This document shows, piece by piece, positions 10,501-20,476 of a stretch of DNA of 64,000 nucleotides (within the stretch, counting starts at the first letter, position 1; the number at the start of each line of letters is the position of its first letter). The notes under the pieces were generated by a model. That model saw nothing but the letters and a program-made list of their open reading frames with translations, had not been told where the DNA came from and searched no databases. Source of the DNA: Paramoeba atlantica (taxonomy: Eukaryota; Protista; Discosea); the NCBI GenBank assembly GCA_977017575.1, contig CDRNVI010000089.1, forward strand, positions 92,912 to 156,911, written 5' to 3'. The position numbers and the translations under genes were made by a program.

Positions 10501-13500
10501 TCCCAAGAACTGATGGCAACTCTTATGAGCTCTTCGCTGAGAATGGCAACATCTTCGACAAGTGATACATTTTTCCTACGAATGGAGTCTAGAAGAGCAC
10601 ACGCAGCTTTGCTGCGGGAAGCAGCCTCGGAGCTGTTGGCGCAAAGCTGGAGAGGGTATATCATAGCCTGGGGGTGCGCTTCTCCTAAACGGCTCAATAA
10701 TTGGTGGAGTTGTTGACGTACATCTGAGCGAATAATATCAATACGAGATATCAATTGTGGGAGCACCTTTAGCCAGGCATCGAGTCTTACCAGCTTTAAA
10801 CCTTGATCCATCTCAGCGTAGACAGCTGTATAATGGCCAAAGTTAAACCAAATGAAAAGAATCCGAAGAAGATCTTGAAGATCAGTATCACGAACTAACG
10901 CGGATGTGTCATCCTCTGAGTCACCTGTTACGGGAAGTTTTATGTCTTGGTTTTGTACCCCTTTTGCAGAGGAAGCTTGAGAGGTACTTAATTGCACTGA
11001 ACGAAAAAATCCTTTCAGCGCGGAAACTAGATAAGCAAGTTGTGTTTCTCCAAACCCGGTCGGGGAACTCTCTCCCCAAGGTGATGAGGAAAGAGCGGTG
11101 TGCAAATTAGCCATTGCCCAAGAGTGCCACGCTCGAAAATTCTGATCATCAAAGTCCTTTGCAATTTTTAGATTTTCCATCACGAAATCAGAGACTATCC
11201 CGCCTGATGGGCTGGTGATATCCTCAAGTCTCTGTTTCCACTCGCCCAGAGTAAGATGACATATCGCTTTTGCAGAGCTATCAATGTCGGTGCGCTGAGA
11301 GAAAGTACTGACAAATAAGGACAACTTTTCGAATGCAGAAGGAAGTTCACCGATATTTTTTAAATGTTTAAAATATGTCATAGCAATCGAGACATCGCAT
11401 GAAGCCGGATCAAATTTCAGCTGAAGTGGAGATGTATTCGGAGTAGGAACTTCAGAAAGAAGACGAGCCAGTGCACATTCCGCCATCCGTGGACGATTCT
11501 TTTGCCGAGCAATATCTATGAAAGATATCCAGGTTGGAATATCTTCGTGAACTGGACGTACTAAAGCGTGGAGGGATAAGTTCACCAAAAGCTGTTTAGG
11601 AACAGGAGCGGCGCTCGAAATGCGTTTTTGCCATCCTGATTGCAACTGATCTCGCCAATCCAAGTTTTGAGCATAGGAAATAACTTCCTCTAATTCGCAT
11701 AAATTCTGCAAATTCATCAAGTGTTCATATCCCATATCATAGGTGTCTTTCAGAGATCCGGACAGTGCGCAGTCCAATCGGCTCCGACCTTGATTCACAC
11801 ATTTTTGAGCTGACTCGTAATCCCCGGATCGAATATGAAGGACCGTTTTGTAGAAGTCGCTCTGCTTTTCTGGAAGCACCTGTTGGCAAGAATCAAGAAA
11901 ATTCCAGTCCTCCATGTACCAGGCAGCAGCAGCAGATTCAAGGGCAAGGTCTGTCCTTTGACTTGTCGTGCAAATGCTCCAATAATCTTTGACAACGTTG
12001 ACGAGCTCTGGCCAGTAGCCATCTATTCGGTAGCAGCGACATAACCCCAGGACTTGGCTGTGATCAGGAAGCATGCCCTTGGCATCAGACTCCGATAAAC
12101 GAGTACGGTAAGTCTCAATCGCCCTGGAATACTGTTGTAAAGTTTCCAATGCCTCGCCGCGGCCAGTCTCGCAGGCGAATTTCTCTATGAGGTACTCTAC
12201 TTCGTTGTCTCCGTGTTTAAGATTTCTGGAAGTCTCGCTCCGAGTCTGTTGTGTATCGCGCAGAAGTTGTTCAAGAAGACCACTCGCTCCCTCTGGAAGG
12301 TGTAATTGTTGGTAGAGAGATGTCAATCGACTTACCATTCGAAAATCATGTACGTGCTTCTCTACAGGAGTTTCAATATATTGCGTTTCACAAAAAAGAA
12401 GTGCTCGTGCGTAGTTATTGGCGTCCAGAGAAACCTGAATTAACACATCAAGATCAAAAAATGGACGCATGATATGAACGTATCGCGCTCTGGGAGGTGG
12501 TTGTATCGTTAACATGATTTCAAGCCTGCCGTCCAGTAGAGAATGAATTTCGGAGACACGTTGAACAGGAATCCCGTCGATTTCAATAAGAATCGATCCC
12601 ACGGGTACTTTGGCATTGGCTCCAGGTGAATTTTCAGCTATTCGTGTCACGACGACGTGGTCATTATACACGGTATCTGCGGGCTTCGGATCCGTACCTT
12701 CTCCGTATCCAATTCCGAATTTATCAAAGAGGTTACCACGTTGAACACGGCGGGTTTCAAGTTTCCCGTAGAAAAATTCTACAGAGGGTTTGGGGACGCG
12801 ATAGGGCATAAGAAACTCAACCAAAGATATTAAGAGGGCACATACTTCCTTTTCACAGACGAGAACCATGCGCGTAAGGTAGTGCATTATATTGCTTTGA
12901 ATATCTTCACGCAAACTTCTGAACACATTGTGAAAAACATAGGGAAACAAATCTCGAATCAGAGGACTGTATTCGTTGGCGAGAGATGATATGCATCGCA
13001 TACCAGAATCAGTGCTGTGTCGCAACATTTCTAGCGATAAGCTGTCGAACCATTGCATCCATTCTGAGGTGCTTCGATCTATAGGGACTGAACCGGAAAA
13101 GAAGCTCATAAGTGCGGAAAGGCCCTCTTCGGGAACTAATTCAGTTTGTTTCTGTTTGACACTTTCTATATGTAAAGATGCCGGTAAACAGTTTTCCTCC
13201 GTTTTTTGAAAAAGTAAGTTTTGTAGTCGAAGTGCATTGCTACCAATAAAACGAATATGGGCGTACATGTGACCCAAGTAGGGAACTGTGCGTTGAAGAT
13301 GAACCAGTTCAATATCACTAGCTGGAGTGCCAAGAGCTTTTGCTAACGTGGAAGTAATTTCGTTCTGTGTAACTTCTCGTCGGGGAGTCATACGCAGTAT
13401 GAGGATGGTCTGATCGGAACTACCTGTACTGGATGTCACGGCGCCAGTAAAAGGGATTTCCGCAGATCGAGATGTAGGAGATGTTGCAGGAGCTTCTTTA

Positions 13501-16500
13501 TCAGTGCGAATATTTTGGACTCCCGAAAAATGCTGAATAAGCTGTTGAAAATTCGAATCAGTGACACCCTTGGCCTCTGAGTACATTTGAATTAACGGCA
13601 GGAACTTGCTTCCGAATTTACCCAGGGCTTTTAAAATTTCGCAAAGAACTTCAGTTGTCTTATGTTCCACTGTGCGACTCGGTGTGTGTTCTAATAGTCG
13701 AAGAAGATGATGCACTGTACGTGTACTTATTTCTTTAAAGTTTGTCTGTTTAGCGGCGACGGAAAGAAAATTTAAGCAATGCATATTAAGTGCTATCCCT
13801 GTCGGCGTGTGCGATGCAGGCTTGATGTACTGTAAAATCAGAGGGACAAGATAATAAATATCCTTGTCGAGCGCCGAAATAAAACTTTCAAAGCCTTGGA
13901 TGACAAGCATACATATTTCACGCTTCTCAGTACGATCTTCAATCATGCGTTGTACCATAAAATTGAAAATCCAGCTTTCGATGCCGGGACGGATAACAGT
14001 GGAAAAAGAGCGCGCTATCTCAGACAAAATTTTAACGACATTTACAAGGATCCGGCAAGAAGTAGTATTGGCACTATTCGTGTCACAGGTTTCGCAATAT
14101 GTGCTCAGAGCTTCTAAAACAACCAAGGCATGACGACATCCATCACTAGCATCGGCCTTTTGTTGATCAATGTGTAATAATGAAAGCATATGAGACAAAA
14201 CATCTGCGTGAAAGACGCGCCGGTTCGCATCGGATAAAAGCTGGAGACCAATAGGCAGGAGAAGCTCCAAGTGTGGCACTAGCTGAGTTGGCTTCAAGGT
14301 AGTAAGAAGAGAACTCATGGTTTGCATCGCTGAGGCAGAGACTATCGAACGAGAGCTCAAAATTTTAACTAGAGCAGAAAGGAGAACGGCAGGATAGTGC
14401 TCCGCAATCCGACGATTGCAGCGAGCCGGAAGGATAGTACGTACAAGAAACCTTTCAACCGCAGAGGCCTCATCGTCCGTCAAGCGCTGTTCTCTTCTTC
14501 GAACGTGTAACCTTTTTAACCTCATGGGGTCAACTGCCCCCACGGTTCCGAGAACACAAAGTACTTCCCTGCGAGTGAGTGTATCAACTCTTGTTTCGCC
14601 ATGAAGACATTGTAACAGGACTGAGAATAAGTCTGGGAAAGCTTTATGAAAAGCTTCAGATACAAGAGAAGTGCTTCTTAGAATACCTGCGAGTGCATTC
14701 AACGCGGCGCGTCGACGTATCGAAGATGTTCGATCCTGTACGGAAGATACCACAACGTCCAAAACTTTAGAATTTCCTGTAGTTTTCTCGTCGTGGTGAA
14801 GTATGGATCTCTGAACTATTCCGCTTACTAATTCAAACAGTGTGGTACATAATTGTGATGGCCCAGAACCGGATTGTATTTTTTCAAGTACCAGTCCCAA
14901 AAAATCTTGCTGCGGAGAACCGTGTGATTCTACAGGAATGTCATTGCATATCATTTGTAGAAGCATCCGAGCCGAGTGCTCCATATAGGCGTAATTGCGA
15001 CTATGTTGTAGCTCAGCAATGAACTGTGCTTGTATTTTCTTCAATGCAGGAATGACATACGCAGGATGTACTTTGGTAAGACGACAAATAACACTAAGAC
15101 CCGCCTCGCGAACTCCCAATTTTTCGTCGTGAAGCGACATAAAAAGAGTTTCCAAAATGTCCGGTGAAGCCAAGTGGGAGTCTAATCGCGAATCCAAGCC
15201 TTTCATTACCTCGTAGCGAACACCATCGGCAATGTCTGCTACGCCAATATCAACTATTTCTCTCAAAATATCAGTATCAACCATCAGGCAACTTTGTGAG
15301 GATGTTGGCGACATGGTTGTAGTACTTGAGAGGGGGGATGTGATATCTGTACCTATGTCCAATGAGACGCTAAAGATCTTAAGAATAGTGCGAACTACGA
15401 CTTCTCGTAGCTCCACGCTGGGGTCTTTGAGAAGGGGGGCTAGGTGGGTTCTCAAAAGGCCTTGTATCATGTCGTTGGATTTAGGGTTGAATGTGGCCAG
15501 AGTACGAACGGCAAGAATACGGTCTTCAAGAGATGGCTTTCCTGCGACCTTTCCTTCATCTTGCTCATAGTGTCGAGTTTTGTCCCTGTAAGGATCGAAT
15601 TTGTCTGATACACCAAAGTCCCTGAAGTGGGATATGTCACTCAGTTGAGCTGTGAGTTTCAAAGTCAGAGAACTACGACCATAAATGCGAATTCGAGGAC
15701 GACGTTTGCCTCTGTACGGCAAAAGCTTAGAGGACTCGGTGCTCGCAACATAGTTTTCCTTCGGAGTTTGTAACGTATGCATTATGATGGTGAGAAGCCT
15801 TTCTTGAAAGGTTGGAACAAATTCCGGAAGTGATTCTCCAAGAATACTAAGGGAGTCTGTCAAGAAACGATTTAGTCCGCCAGCAAATAAACGATCCATG
15901 AAAGCCTCGATTTGTGGTTGCAACCATGCTTTGTCACTGATTTTGGCTATTTCACCTAAGCATTTTAAGGCCTCGATCGTAACGTTGCGTTTCGTAATAT
16001 GTGAATCAGGCATTGAATTTGCTGACTCTGTTGTACCCTTAGTATTTTCCGGCAATGGAAATACACAAGAGGGAGCAACTCCAGATGGACTCCCAATGCG
16101 AGATATTTCCTTGTTTCCGTCCATACTGTCAGACGTCTCTGAAATGTCGTTCGCCTTCGACGCAATGCTAACAGAGTCTGAAGTGGAGATCGGAATTTGT
16201 CCCGGTTTCTCTGAAATAGGATCAACTTGTTTATTTGCTTCTTCTTCTTCACTAGCAACTTTACACAAAGCGTCTAGCGTGCGCTTCATCATGTCATTAA
16301 GATGGGGTAATACAGCTTCTCGTTTTAGATTAGAAATGAGTTCTGCAAGAGCGATAAAGGCACACGATTTTGTTGCCGGGTCGCCATTTGATGTGTAGAA
16401 ATAGAGAACCTCCCGAAGTGTGCGCGTAATGTAACATGCAACGAAAAGGTCCGTCATTAGCGGAAAAAAAGGTATCATGCGAATCAACGTCAAACGACAA

Positions 16501-17381
16501 CATAAGTCAGTATGAAGACGTTTTTGAAGAACGAAATCCATTACAGTCATAGCATAATCAGGATTTCGTGTGTTTCGAGCAATGCAAATTAGCATCAGGA
16601 GAGACCCGTGCCAAAATCTAATCGGACATTTTTTTGAAAGATACATCTCACACTGTGTTACACTGCGGGATAACGCCTGTTGGGGAACAATTGCTGCGTG
16701 AACAAGTCGATCTAATGCTTCTCCAGCGTATTCACGCGTTCTTTGACATGGATGACAAAGTGAAATCCATATACTCTGTAACAAAGGTTCAGTTGAAATC
16801 GAAGGTCGTAGCATTTCCGGTACTTCTGCGGCAAGCATGCCAATTATTCGACAGGAGGTATAAAGATAGTGATCAGTGTCTGCTACAGCCATCCATTCAA
16901 GACATTGCATAGCCTCAGAAGAAACAATCTCGATTGCCAAAGAGCCTCCGTCTCTCACAAGTGCATGTAAACCTGAGATTGCAGCATCAACGGTGACTTC
17001 ATTATTGGCAACTTGAAGCGCAGCAGCCAGTAAGTTAGAAAACCGAGCTCTTTTCGTTCGATGCTCCATATATGGTACATCAATCAAAGCCTCCATTACC
17101 TGAATCCCGGCCAATGAATTGGCACTGAATGTATAGTTCAGTTCTTGATTAATACGTTCTATGTGTTCGCGCCCTAATTGTGCCAAGTAGGCTTGAATAT
17201 GATCCTTGATAGCAGCAACACATTCAAAAGTTTCTTCAGGTGCGTAGGGGTGATATATATTTGCTTGCTCGCGAAGACTCGAAAAAAGTTCAGATATGAG
17301 AAAAACGTTGGTTCCTGCAGACGCCTTAACCAAAAAGTGGTCCTCTGACAAGAGATAGCTCCCTTTATCAGTAGAAATCAT
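7557..17381 (-). CDS. TOR3: Target-of-rapamycin kinase with internal PDZ domain (kinetoplastid TOR3/TOR-like 1 type)
   Basis: 3274 aa. HEAT repeats, FAT, FRB-like EELIRVAI, kinase motifs FLLKGHEDLRMDERVMQLF, GLGDRHLNN, HIDFGD, PFRLTRM, and FATC ending YVGWCPFW. PDZ-like segment (FGIGY...VVVTRIAENSPG..AKVPVGSILIEIDG) at about 12495-12765. Confidence 0.9.
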   Translation of the reverse strand: MISTDKGSYLLSEDHFLVKASAGTNVFLISELFSSLREQANIYHPYAPEETFECVAAIKDHIQAYLAQLGREHIERINQELNYTFSANSLAGIQVMEALIDVPYMEHRTKRARFSNLLAAALQVANNEVTVDAAISGLHALVRDGGSLAIEIVSSEAMQCLEWMAVADTDHYLYTSCRIIGMLAAEVPEMLRPSISTEPLLQSIWISLCHPCQRTREYAGEALDRLVHAAIVPQQALSRSVTQCEMYLSKKCPIRFWHGSLLMLICIARNTRNPDYAMTVMDFVLQKRLHTDLCCRLTLIRMIPFFPLMTDLFVACYITRTLREVLYFYTSNGDPATKSCAFIALAELISNLKREAVLPHLNDMMKRTLDALCKVASEEEEANKQVDPISEKPGQIPISTSDSVSIASKANDISETSDSMDGNKEISRIGSPSGVAPSCVFPLPENTKGTTESANSMPDSHITKRNVTIEALKCLGEIAKISDKAWLQPQIEAFMDRLFAGGLNRFLTDSLSILGESLPEFVPTFQERLLTIIMHTLQTPKENYVASTESSKLLPYRGKRRPRIRIYGRSSLTLKLTAQLSDISHFRDFGVSDKFDPYRDKTRHYEQDEGKVAGKPSLEDRILAVRTLATFNPKSNDMIQGLLRTHLAPLLKDPSVELREVVVRTILKIFSVSLDIGTDITSPLSSTTTMSPTSSQSCLMVDTDILREIVDIGVADIADGVRYEVMKGLDSRLDSHLASPDILETLFMSLHDEKLGVREAGLSVICRLTKVHPAYVIPALKKIQAQFIAELQHSRNYAYMEHSARMLLQMICNDIPVESHGSPQQDFLGLVLEKIQSGSGPSQLCTTLFELVSGIVQRSILHHDEKTTGNSKVLDVVVSSVQDRTSSIRRRAALNALAGILRSTSLVSEAFHKAFPDLFSVLLQCLHGETRVDTLTRREVLCVLGTVGAVDPMRLKRLHVRRREQRLTDDEASAVERFLVRTILPARCNRRIAEHYPAVLLSALVKILSSRSIVSASAMQTMSSLLTTLKPTQLVPHLELLLPIGLQLLSDANRRVFHADVLSHMLSLLHIDQQKADASDGCRHALVVLEALSTYCETCDTNSANTTSCRILVNVVKILSEIARSFSTVIRPGIESWIFNFMVQRMIEDRTEKREICMLVIQGFESFISALDKDIYYLVPLILQYIKPASHTPTGIALNMHCLNFLSVAAKQTNFKEISTRTVHHLLRLLEHTPSRTVEHKTTEVLCEILKALGKFGSKFLPLIQMYSEAKGVTDSNFQQLIQHFSGVQNIRTDKEAPATSPTSRSAEIPFTGAVTSSTGSSDQTILILRMTPRREVTQNEITSTLAKALGTPASDIELVHLQRTVPYLGHMYAHIRFIGSNALRLQNLLFQKTEENCLPASLHIESVKQKQTELVPEEGLSALMSFFSGSVPIDRSTSEWMQWFDSLSLEMLRHSTDSGMRCISSLANEYSPLIRDLFPYVFHNVFRSLREDIQSNIMHYLTRMVLVCEKEVCALLISLVEFLMPYRVPKPSVEFFYGKLETRRVQRGNLFDKFGIGYGEGTDPKPADTVYNDHVVVTRIAENSPGANAKVPVGSILIEIDGIPVQRVSEIHSLLDGRLEIMLTIQPPPRARYVHIMRPFFDLDVLIQVSLDANNYARALLFCETQYIETPVEKHVHDFRMVSRLTSLYQQLHLPEGASGLLEQLLRDTQQTRSETSRNLKHGDNEVEYLIEKFACETGRGEALETLQQYSRAIETYRTRLSESDAKGMLPDHSQVLGLCRCYRIDGYWPELVNVVKDYWSICTTSQRTDLALESAAAAWYMEDWNFLDSCQQVLPEKQSDFYKTVLHIRSGDYESAQKCVNQGRSRLDCALSGSLKDTYDMGYEHLMNLQNLCELEEVISYAQNLDWRDQLQSGWQKRISSAAPVPKQLLVNLSLHALVRPVHEDIPTWISFIDIARQKNRPRMAECALARLLSEVPTPNTSPLQLKFDPASCDVSIAMTYFKHLKNIGELPSAFEKLSLFVSTFSQRTDIDSSAKAICHLTLGEWKQRLEDITSPSGGIVSDFVMENLKIAKDFDDQNFRAWHSWAMANLHTALSSSPWGESSPTGFGETQLAYLVSALKGFFRSVQLSTSQASSAKGVQNQDIKLPVTGDSEDDTSALVRDTDLQDLLRILFIWFNFGHYTAVYAEMDQGLKLVRLDAWLKVLPQLISRIDIIRSDVRQQLHQLLSRLGEAHPQAMIYPLQLCANSSEAASRSKAACALLDSIRRKNVSLVEDVAILSEELIRVAISSWDRWLNAIETIAKQRRGDASTDLDLYMEHIGPLYSVLDNPKTKDERLFQKTLGPLIRRAWRCINDLHEIEIPEGEQPVTEASLPATEAGRFAEAWTLLRQVHQRLTERVQSLPKVVPLEDYSSVLAERTFTLPIPGTYNPHGPTLLFSGFHRDLRIIPSKQRPRRVTLRGVNGYEYKFLLKGHEDLRMDERVMQLFTLLNSFFAVSPQLPAGLSISTYSVMPLSENVGLIQWIENTETVYQMITSYRQGSGTSLMLEVNLLTQLGDLKHINDFSDLPFAKKRDYLQHVLDNTPTSDLRLLFWERNDTSENWIEYRTNYIRTMAMMSMVGYVLGLGDRHLNNIMIHSSGNVVHIDFGDCFEVAMAREKFPEKVPFRLTRMLVGAMEACGLDGTFKHICERVMTALRKHKDSVTSLLETFAHDPLLSWRLDTLYESSTTVDAAREAAKKTVEVLEFDDDPSGPPATKTPGAATIDEASLLNAVEKFSLMPTDELISRSYREKEFKHHAKKLLMPKEKALTKNSENEHSSVKLENLDATDMVRLHQYCLQHWDTLGATSPRAVGLQDTVDKMEALSLSSHLETSTSSEHTGTQSRDPETRFKVTNTKSLSEKPSSRSGSRLTSPTARFTADDLSENKCNSTLHFEEENPLETNAVTNDPTDGPEPSLEDEEPNFMETSEHSPVPICSTGPSRSRILLSEKPTDPHAPPHHSSPEADTPPPPAPPHPSLPSLLNRIHDLLTQTLTSFHPAFLSAVRVFKAACRLYPHDPLLFLKGVGEQPESFMALLRVTYGMSGKNKTARRVLRRVRDKLHGTDFHAPWPPRGGAEAPGCVPQQTESPRSGSPGVFDGRGVLHPMMSYCERPGPIFLGTSYVESTHTMLGGGGGGVGIGMPTWGYGGMGMGLGGRGWLGGGEEEGGNKGNRGGGGMRVEGDGGSGSPGGENMGGLLTSSNSFRGLEVGQQVQRLIEEATSVDNLCVAYVGWCPFW

Positions 17382-17599
17382 GAATTACTTTCTAAAACTC
17401 TCTTTTACGAATGCAAGTTATCTAGATTACATGTAAACGTATAACTGTATGTATTATGTGTACATACATACTGTATATACATACTGTATGTGTGCATACA
17501 TACTGTATGCACGAGTAGCGTCCCCAAAATTTCATAGAAGAAACTGAAAATGTCCACGACAAACACCGATATACATGTATTTTGAACGACACTTTTCTT

Positions 17600-17640
17600 C
17601 TGAAGAGTACAGAAGAACACAAAAAGGATAAAAAAGGGAC
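17600..17640 (-). promoter_or_regulatory. Putative trans-splice acceptor (polypyrimidine tract + AG) for TOR
   Basis: Minus strand gtccctttttatcctttttgtgttcttctgtactcttcAG, about 220 nt upstream of ATG 17381. Confidence 0.45.
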
Positions 17641-17906
17641 AAGAATATGTAAACAAAATGTTTATAAATAGAATTACAGAAAACAGAATCTACATAATCA
17701 AATATTCTTGAATAAATGACTATCAAATCTCTACGCACATGTAAAGGTAGACGGATAAAAACAGAGATCGAAAATACGTGTAGATCATAACATGGCATGT
17801 GCAATACAGATAATTACAAAACCCTAATTTGCATGTATTTCGATTTAAACTATATTCTGATAGCAGAAAAAATCCGAACAGTTTATCTTCGCACAGAACA
17901 AAGCCC

Positions 17907-19646
17907 CTAGGAACCAAAAATTTCGTCCTTCTCATTCAATGCGTTCACGAGGTGTTGATCTACTATATTAAAAGAAGCGTAATTTTCTATCCATTTTAAA
18001 CATTGTGCTTCTGGGACGTCCTGAGCCTCGCGACATTTTTGATTCGAAGAAAATGGAGGGGCACTGAACCATGGGAGTTGGCCACGTTGCCAGTCATACA
18101 ATACTATACGTGCCGCAGCTTCCGTATCGGGAAGACCACCGGGAAGAAGCTTCCCTCTGACATTCGCCACACAAGTAAGAAAGAAGTCTGCATTACTTCC
18201 CCATTTACCTTCACAGAAAGAGTCGAGCTTGTATCGAGAACGTAGGTCGGTATGTTTTACTATTTTCAGAACAGTATCAATCATACTTGTTTTGCAAACG
18301 CCGGCGAGCCGTTCCACTCGTACAACACCCTTTAAAACGCTTTGAACCTCGCTGTTTGACTCCTTGTCATAAACTACCCCCGGACAATCAATAAGATAAA
18401 TGCTCCGAGTAAGCATGACATATTGCCATACTTTTGTCTCTCCAGGAATGGGTGCCACCTTACATACCTTTTTTCTTCGCAATGTATTTATGAGAGAACT
18501 TTTACCGACATTAGGATATCCAAGAATTCCTACGCTTATAGGATTACGGGAACGATTAGTTTTATGGCTTCTAGACGCTTTATTGCCCGTTGCGTTGTTA
18601 ATAGCTTTAGAGCCATGAGTCACATTATGCAATCGAGAAAATTGACGTAAGAGGTTAATTAGATTTCCTTTTCCAAAGGGATGAGTCGGTGAGCTGTGCA
18701 ACGCAAGTGTTGGGTACTCTTTAGATAAAATTTGAAGCCACCGTGCAACAGCCCATGAAGGAACCAAGTCGCATTTATTAAGAATCAAAACGAGATGCTT
18801 ATGCACTTTCTCCCGACGAAGATAGGATTCTAAAAAAGGTGAGCGAGTGCCCATTGGATCTCGAGCATCAAGGACATAGAGTATAACGTCGGAGCTGTCA
18901 ATAACTTTATGAGTTTCACCCCAACACCGACTGCTTTGACCTTTCTCAAAAACTCGCAGGGAAGATGTGTTCTGACCATGTTCAACGTTCCCAAATAAAT
19001 GAGCGCTTACGTGATTCATATTTTCATCATTTGTACCAATTGCATGTACGGATGATTCGTTATAGGAAGTCATACGAGTTTGAGCCTCGTCGCGGAACTG
19101 TTCTATGCTAACTGATGAAAGGCTTACCCTTTTTCGACGGGACTTAGTACCAAACGTGTCAACGAAGCGCATAGGCGTTTTACTTTGCAAGGAAGATCCA
19201 GCTGCTGCCGCATTCTGAGTTGCCGTACTTGTTTTTTCAAATTTTGTAGCATTTTTCATCTTGCCTGTTTGTTCCTTTTGAAGCAAACTTAAAGGAAGCT
19301 TGCTATGACGAAGAACGATAGAGTATGGATCACTTTGCCTCTCGTGCATCTCTCCTCGTGCGGCTTGTAGTGCATGCGAACCTATAACACGAGTGTTTCC
19401 AAACCAGCGACGGTCTGGTGCTATTCGTGCCACGCTTTGTGGCACACGTTCAGATGCAAATAAGACACTACCCGTTAAAATTCGTCCCGTTTGACTGTCT
19501 CTCGTAATTTTAGATTTGTACATTTTTAGCACACGGACTTTTCTTTGGGAACGCAGATCCGTGCGGCCGACAATGTGTACTGCAGTGCGGTTCGGATCCG
19601 TAGACGGACCAAGACGATTGCCAGCTTTTTTTCCCGGCTTTCCCAT
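17907..19646 (-). CDS. NOG2: Nucleolar GTP-binding protein 2 (circularly permuted GTPase)
   Basis: NGP1NT RIAPDRRWFGNTRVI, DSSDV...VLDARDPMGTRS, NKCDL, GYPNVGKSS, DCPG. Confidence 0.93.
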   Translation of the reverse strand: MGKPGKKAGNRLGPSTDPNRTAVHIVGRTDLRSQRKVRVLKMYKSKITRDSQTGRILTGSVLFASERVPQSVARIAPDRRWFGNTRVIGSHALQAARGEMHERQSDPYSIVLRHSKLPLSLLQKEQTGKMKNATKFEKTSTATQNAAAAGSSLQSKTPMRFVDTFGTKSRRKRVSLSSVSIEQFRDEAQTRMTSYNESSVHAIGTNDENMNHVSAHLFGNVEHGQNTSSLRVFEKGQSSRCWGETHKVIDSSDVILYVLDARDPMGTRSPFLESYLRREKVHKHLVLILNKCDLVPSWAVARWLQILSKEYPTLALHSSPTHPFGKGNLINLLRQFSRLHNVTHGSKAINNATGNKASRSHKTNRSRNPISVGILGYPNVGKSSLINTLRRKKVCKVAPIPGETKVWQYVMLTRSIYLIDCPGVVYDKESNSEVQSVLKGVVRVERLAGVCKTSMIDTVLKIVKHTDLRSRYKLDSFCEGKWGSNADFFLTCVANVRGKLLPGGLPDTEAAARIVLYDWQRGQLPWFSAPPFSSNQKCREAQDVPEAQCLKWIENYASFNIVDQHLVNALNEKDEIFGS

Positions 19647-19779
19647 ATTAATAGTTAGAAAAAAAATTCACTAAGTAAGCGTAAAATTAAGGAACCTAAT
19701 AGCCAATTAACCTAATAGCTAGGGACACGAATAGTCGCCCCCTTACATTTTGCATGAATAGCTTTATAATAAAATACTA

Positions 19780-20077
19780 CCGTATACCCCCCAGTAAGAG
19801 AATGGGTTTTGGGTCAAAATGGCCAAATCTCTCTTACTGGGGATTTTTTCTCTTTTCTCCCAACTTTTTTGACAAGTTTTCCTATTTTTTCCTCTGAAAA
19901 CGTGTTAAAACGCTTATTAGGGTTACCCCCGAGGCCCCCGACATGCGGACACTGACCCTGTACGCCCTATACGCATCCTGTGGGGCTCCCAAGCCAGATC
20001 TCTCTTACTTGGGGTCAGCCCAAAAAGGGCCAAATCTCTCTTACTGGGGGGGGGGTACCTTACTGGGGGGTATACGG
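19780..20077. mobile_element. MITE, Tc1/mariner (Tc2/pogo-like) type
   Basis: Perfect 19-bp TIR CCGTATACCCCCCAGTAAG, TA on both sides (19778-79, 20078-79); internal repeats of ctctcttactgggg. Confidence 0.85.
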
Positions 20078-20140
20078 TAAGAGGACTACGTTTAACACTG
20101 GTCTTGCCAAGTAAGGGGGTGCGTAAAAAACAGCGTTGTC

Positions 20141-20476
20141 TTAAATATTAATGCCCAATATGTTTTGAATACATTTGGCGAGGTCGCCATCATTTTCACG
20201 TAGAATTTGTTCTGCTTCCTTGCGGGTTATGCCCAATTCAGAGCTGAGTTCTTTTACGATGTGATCTTTTCCTGTAAGATCAACCTTAGATAAGCGTTTC
20301 TGTCGAAAATTTTCCATTTCCCTTTTCTTTTGGTTTAGGTCGTGAAATTTACGCACAGCTGATGCGACATCTGAGATATCCACATCCGCGTGAGAAACAA
20401 TATTTGCACCGACAAAATTGGAGTTTAAGCGATCAAGATCAGTATCAACCATGGTGCCGTGAGAACTCTTTGTCAT
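20141..20476 (-). CDS. HYPK: HYPK-like protein (C-terminal UBA-like domain)
   Basis: 111 aa; C-terminal ELGITRKEAEQILRENDGDLAKCI matches the HYPK UBA pattern; N-terminal DLDRL. Confidence 0.65.
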   Translation of the reverse strand: MTKSSHGTMVDTDLDRLNSNFVGANIVSHADVDISDVASAVRKFHDLNQKKREMENFRQKRLSKVDLTGKDHIVKELSSELGITRKEAEQILRENDGDLAKCIQNILGINI

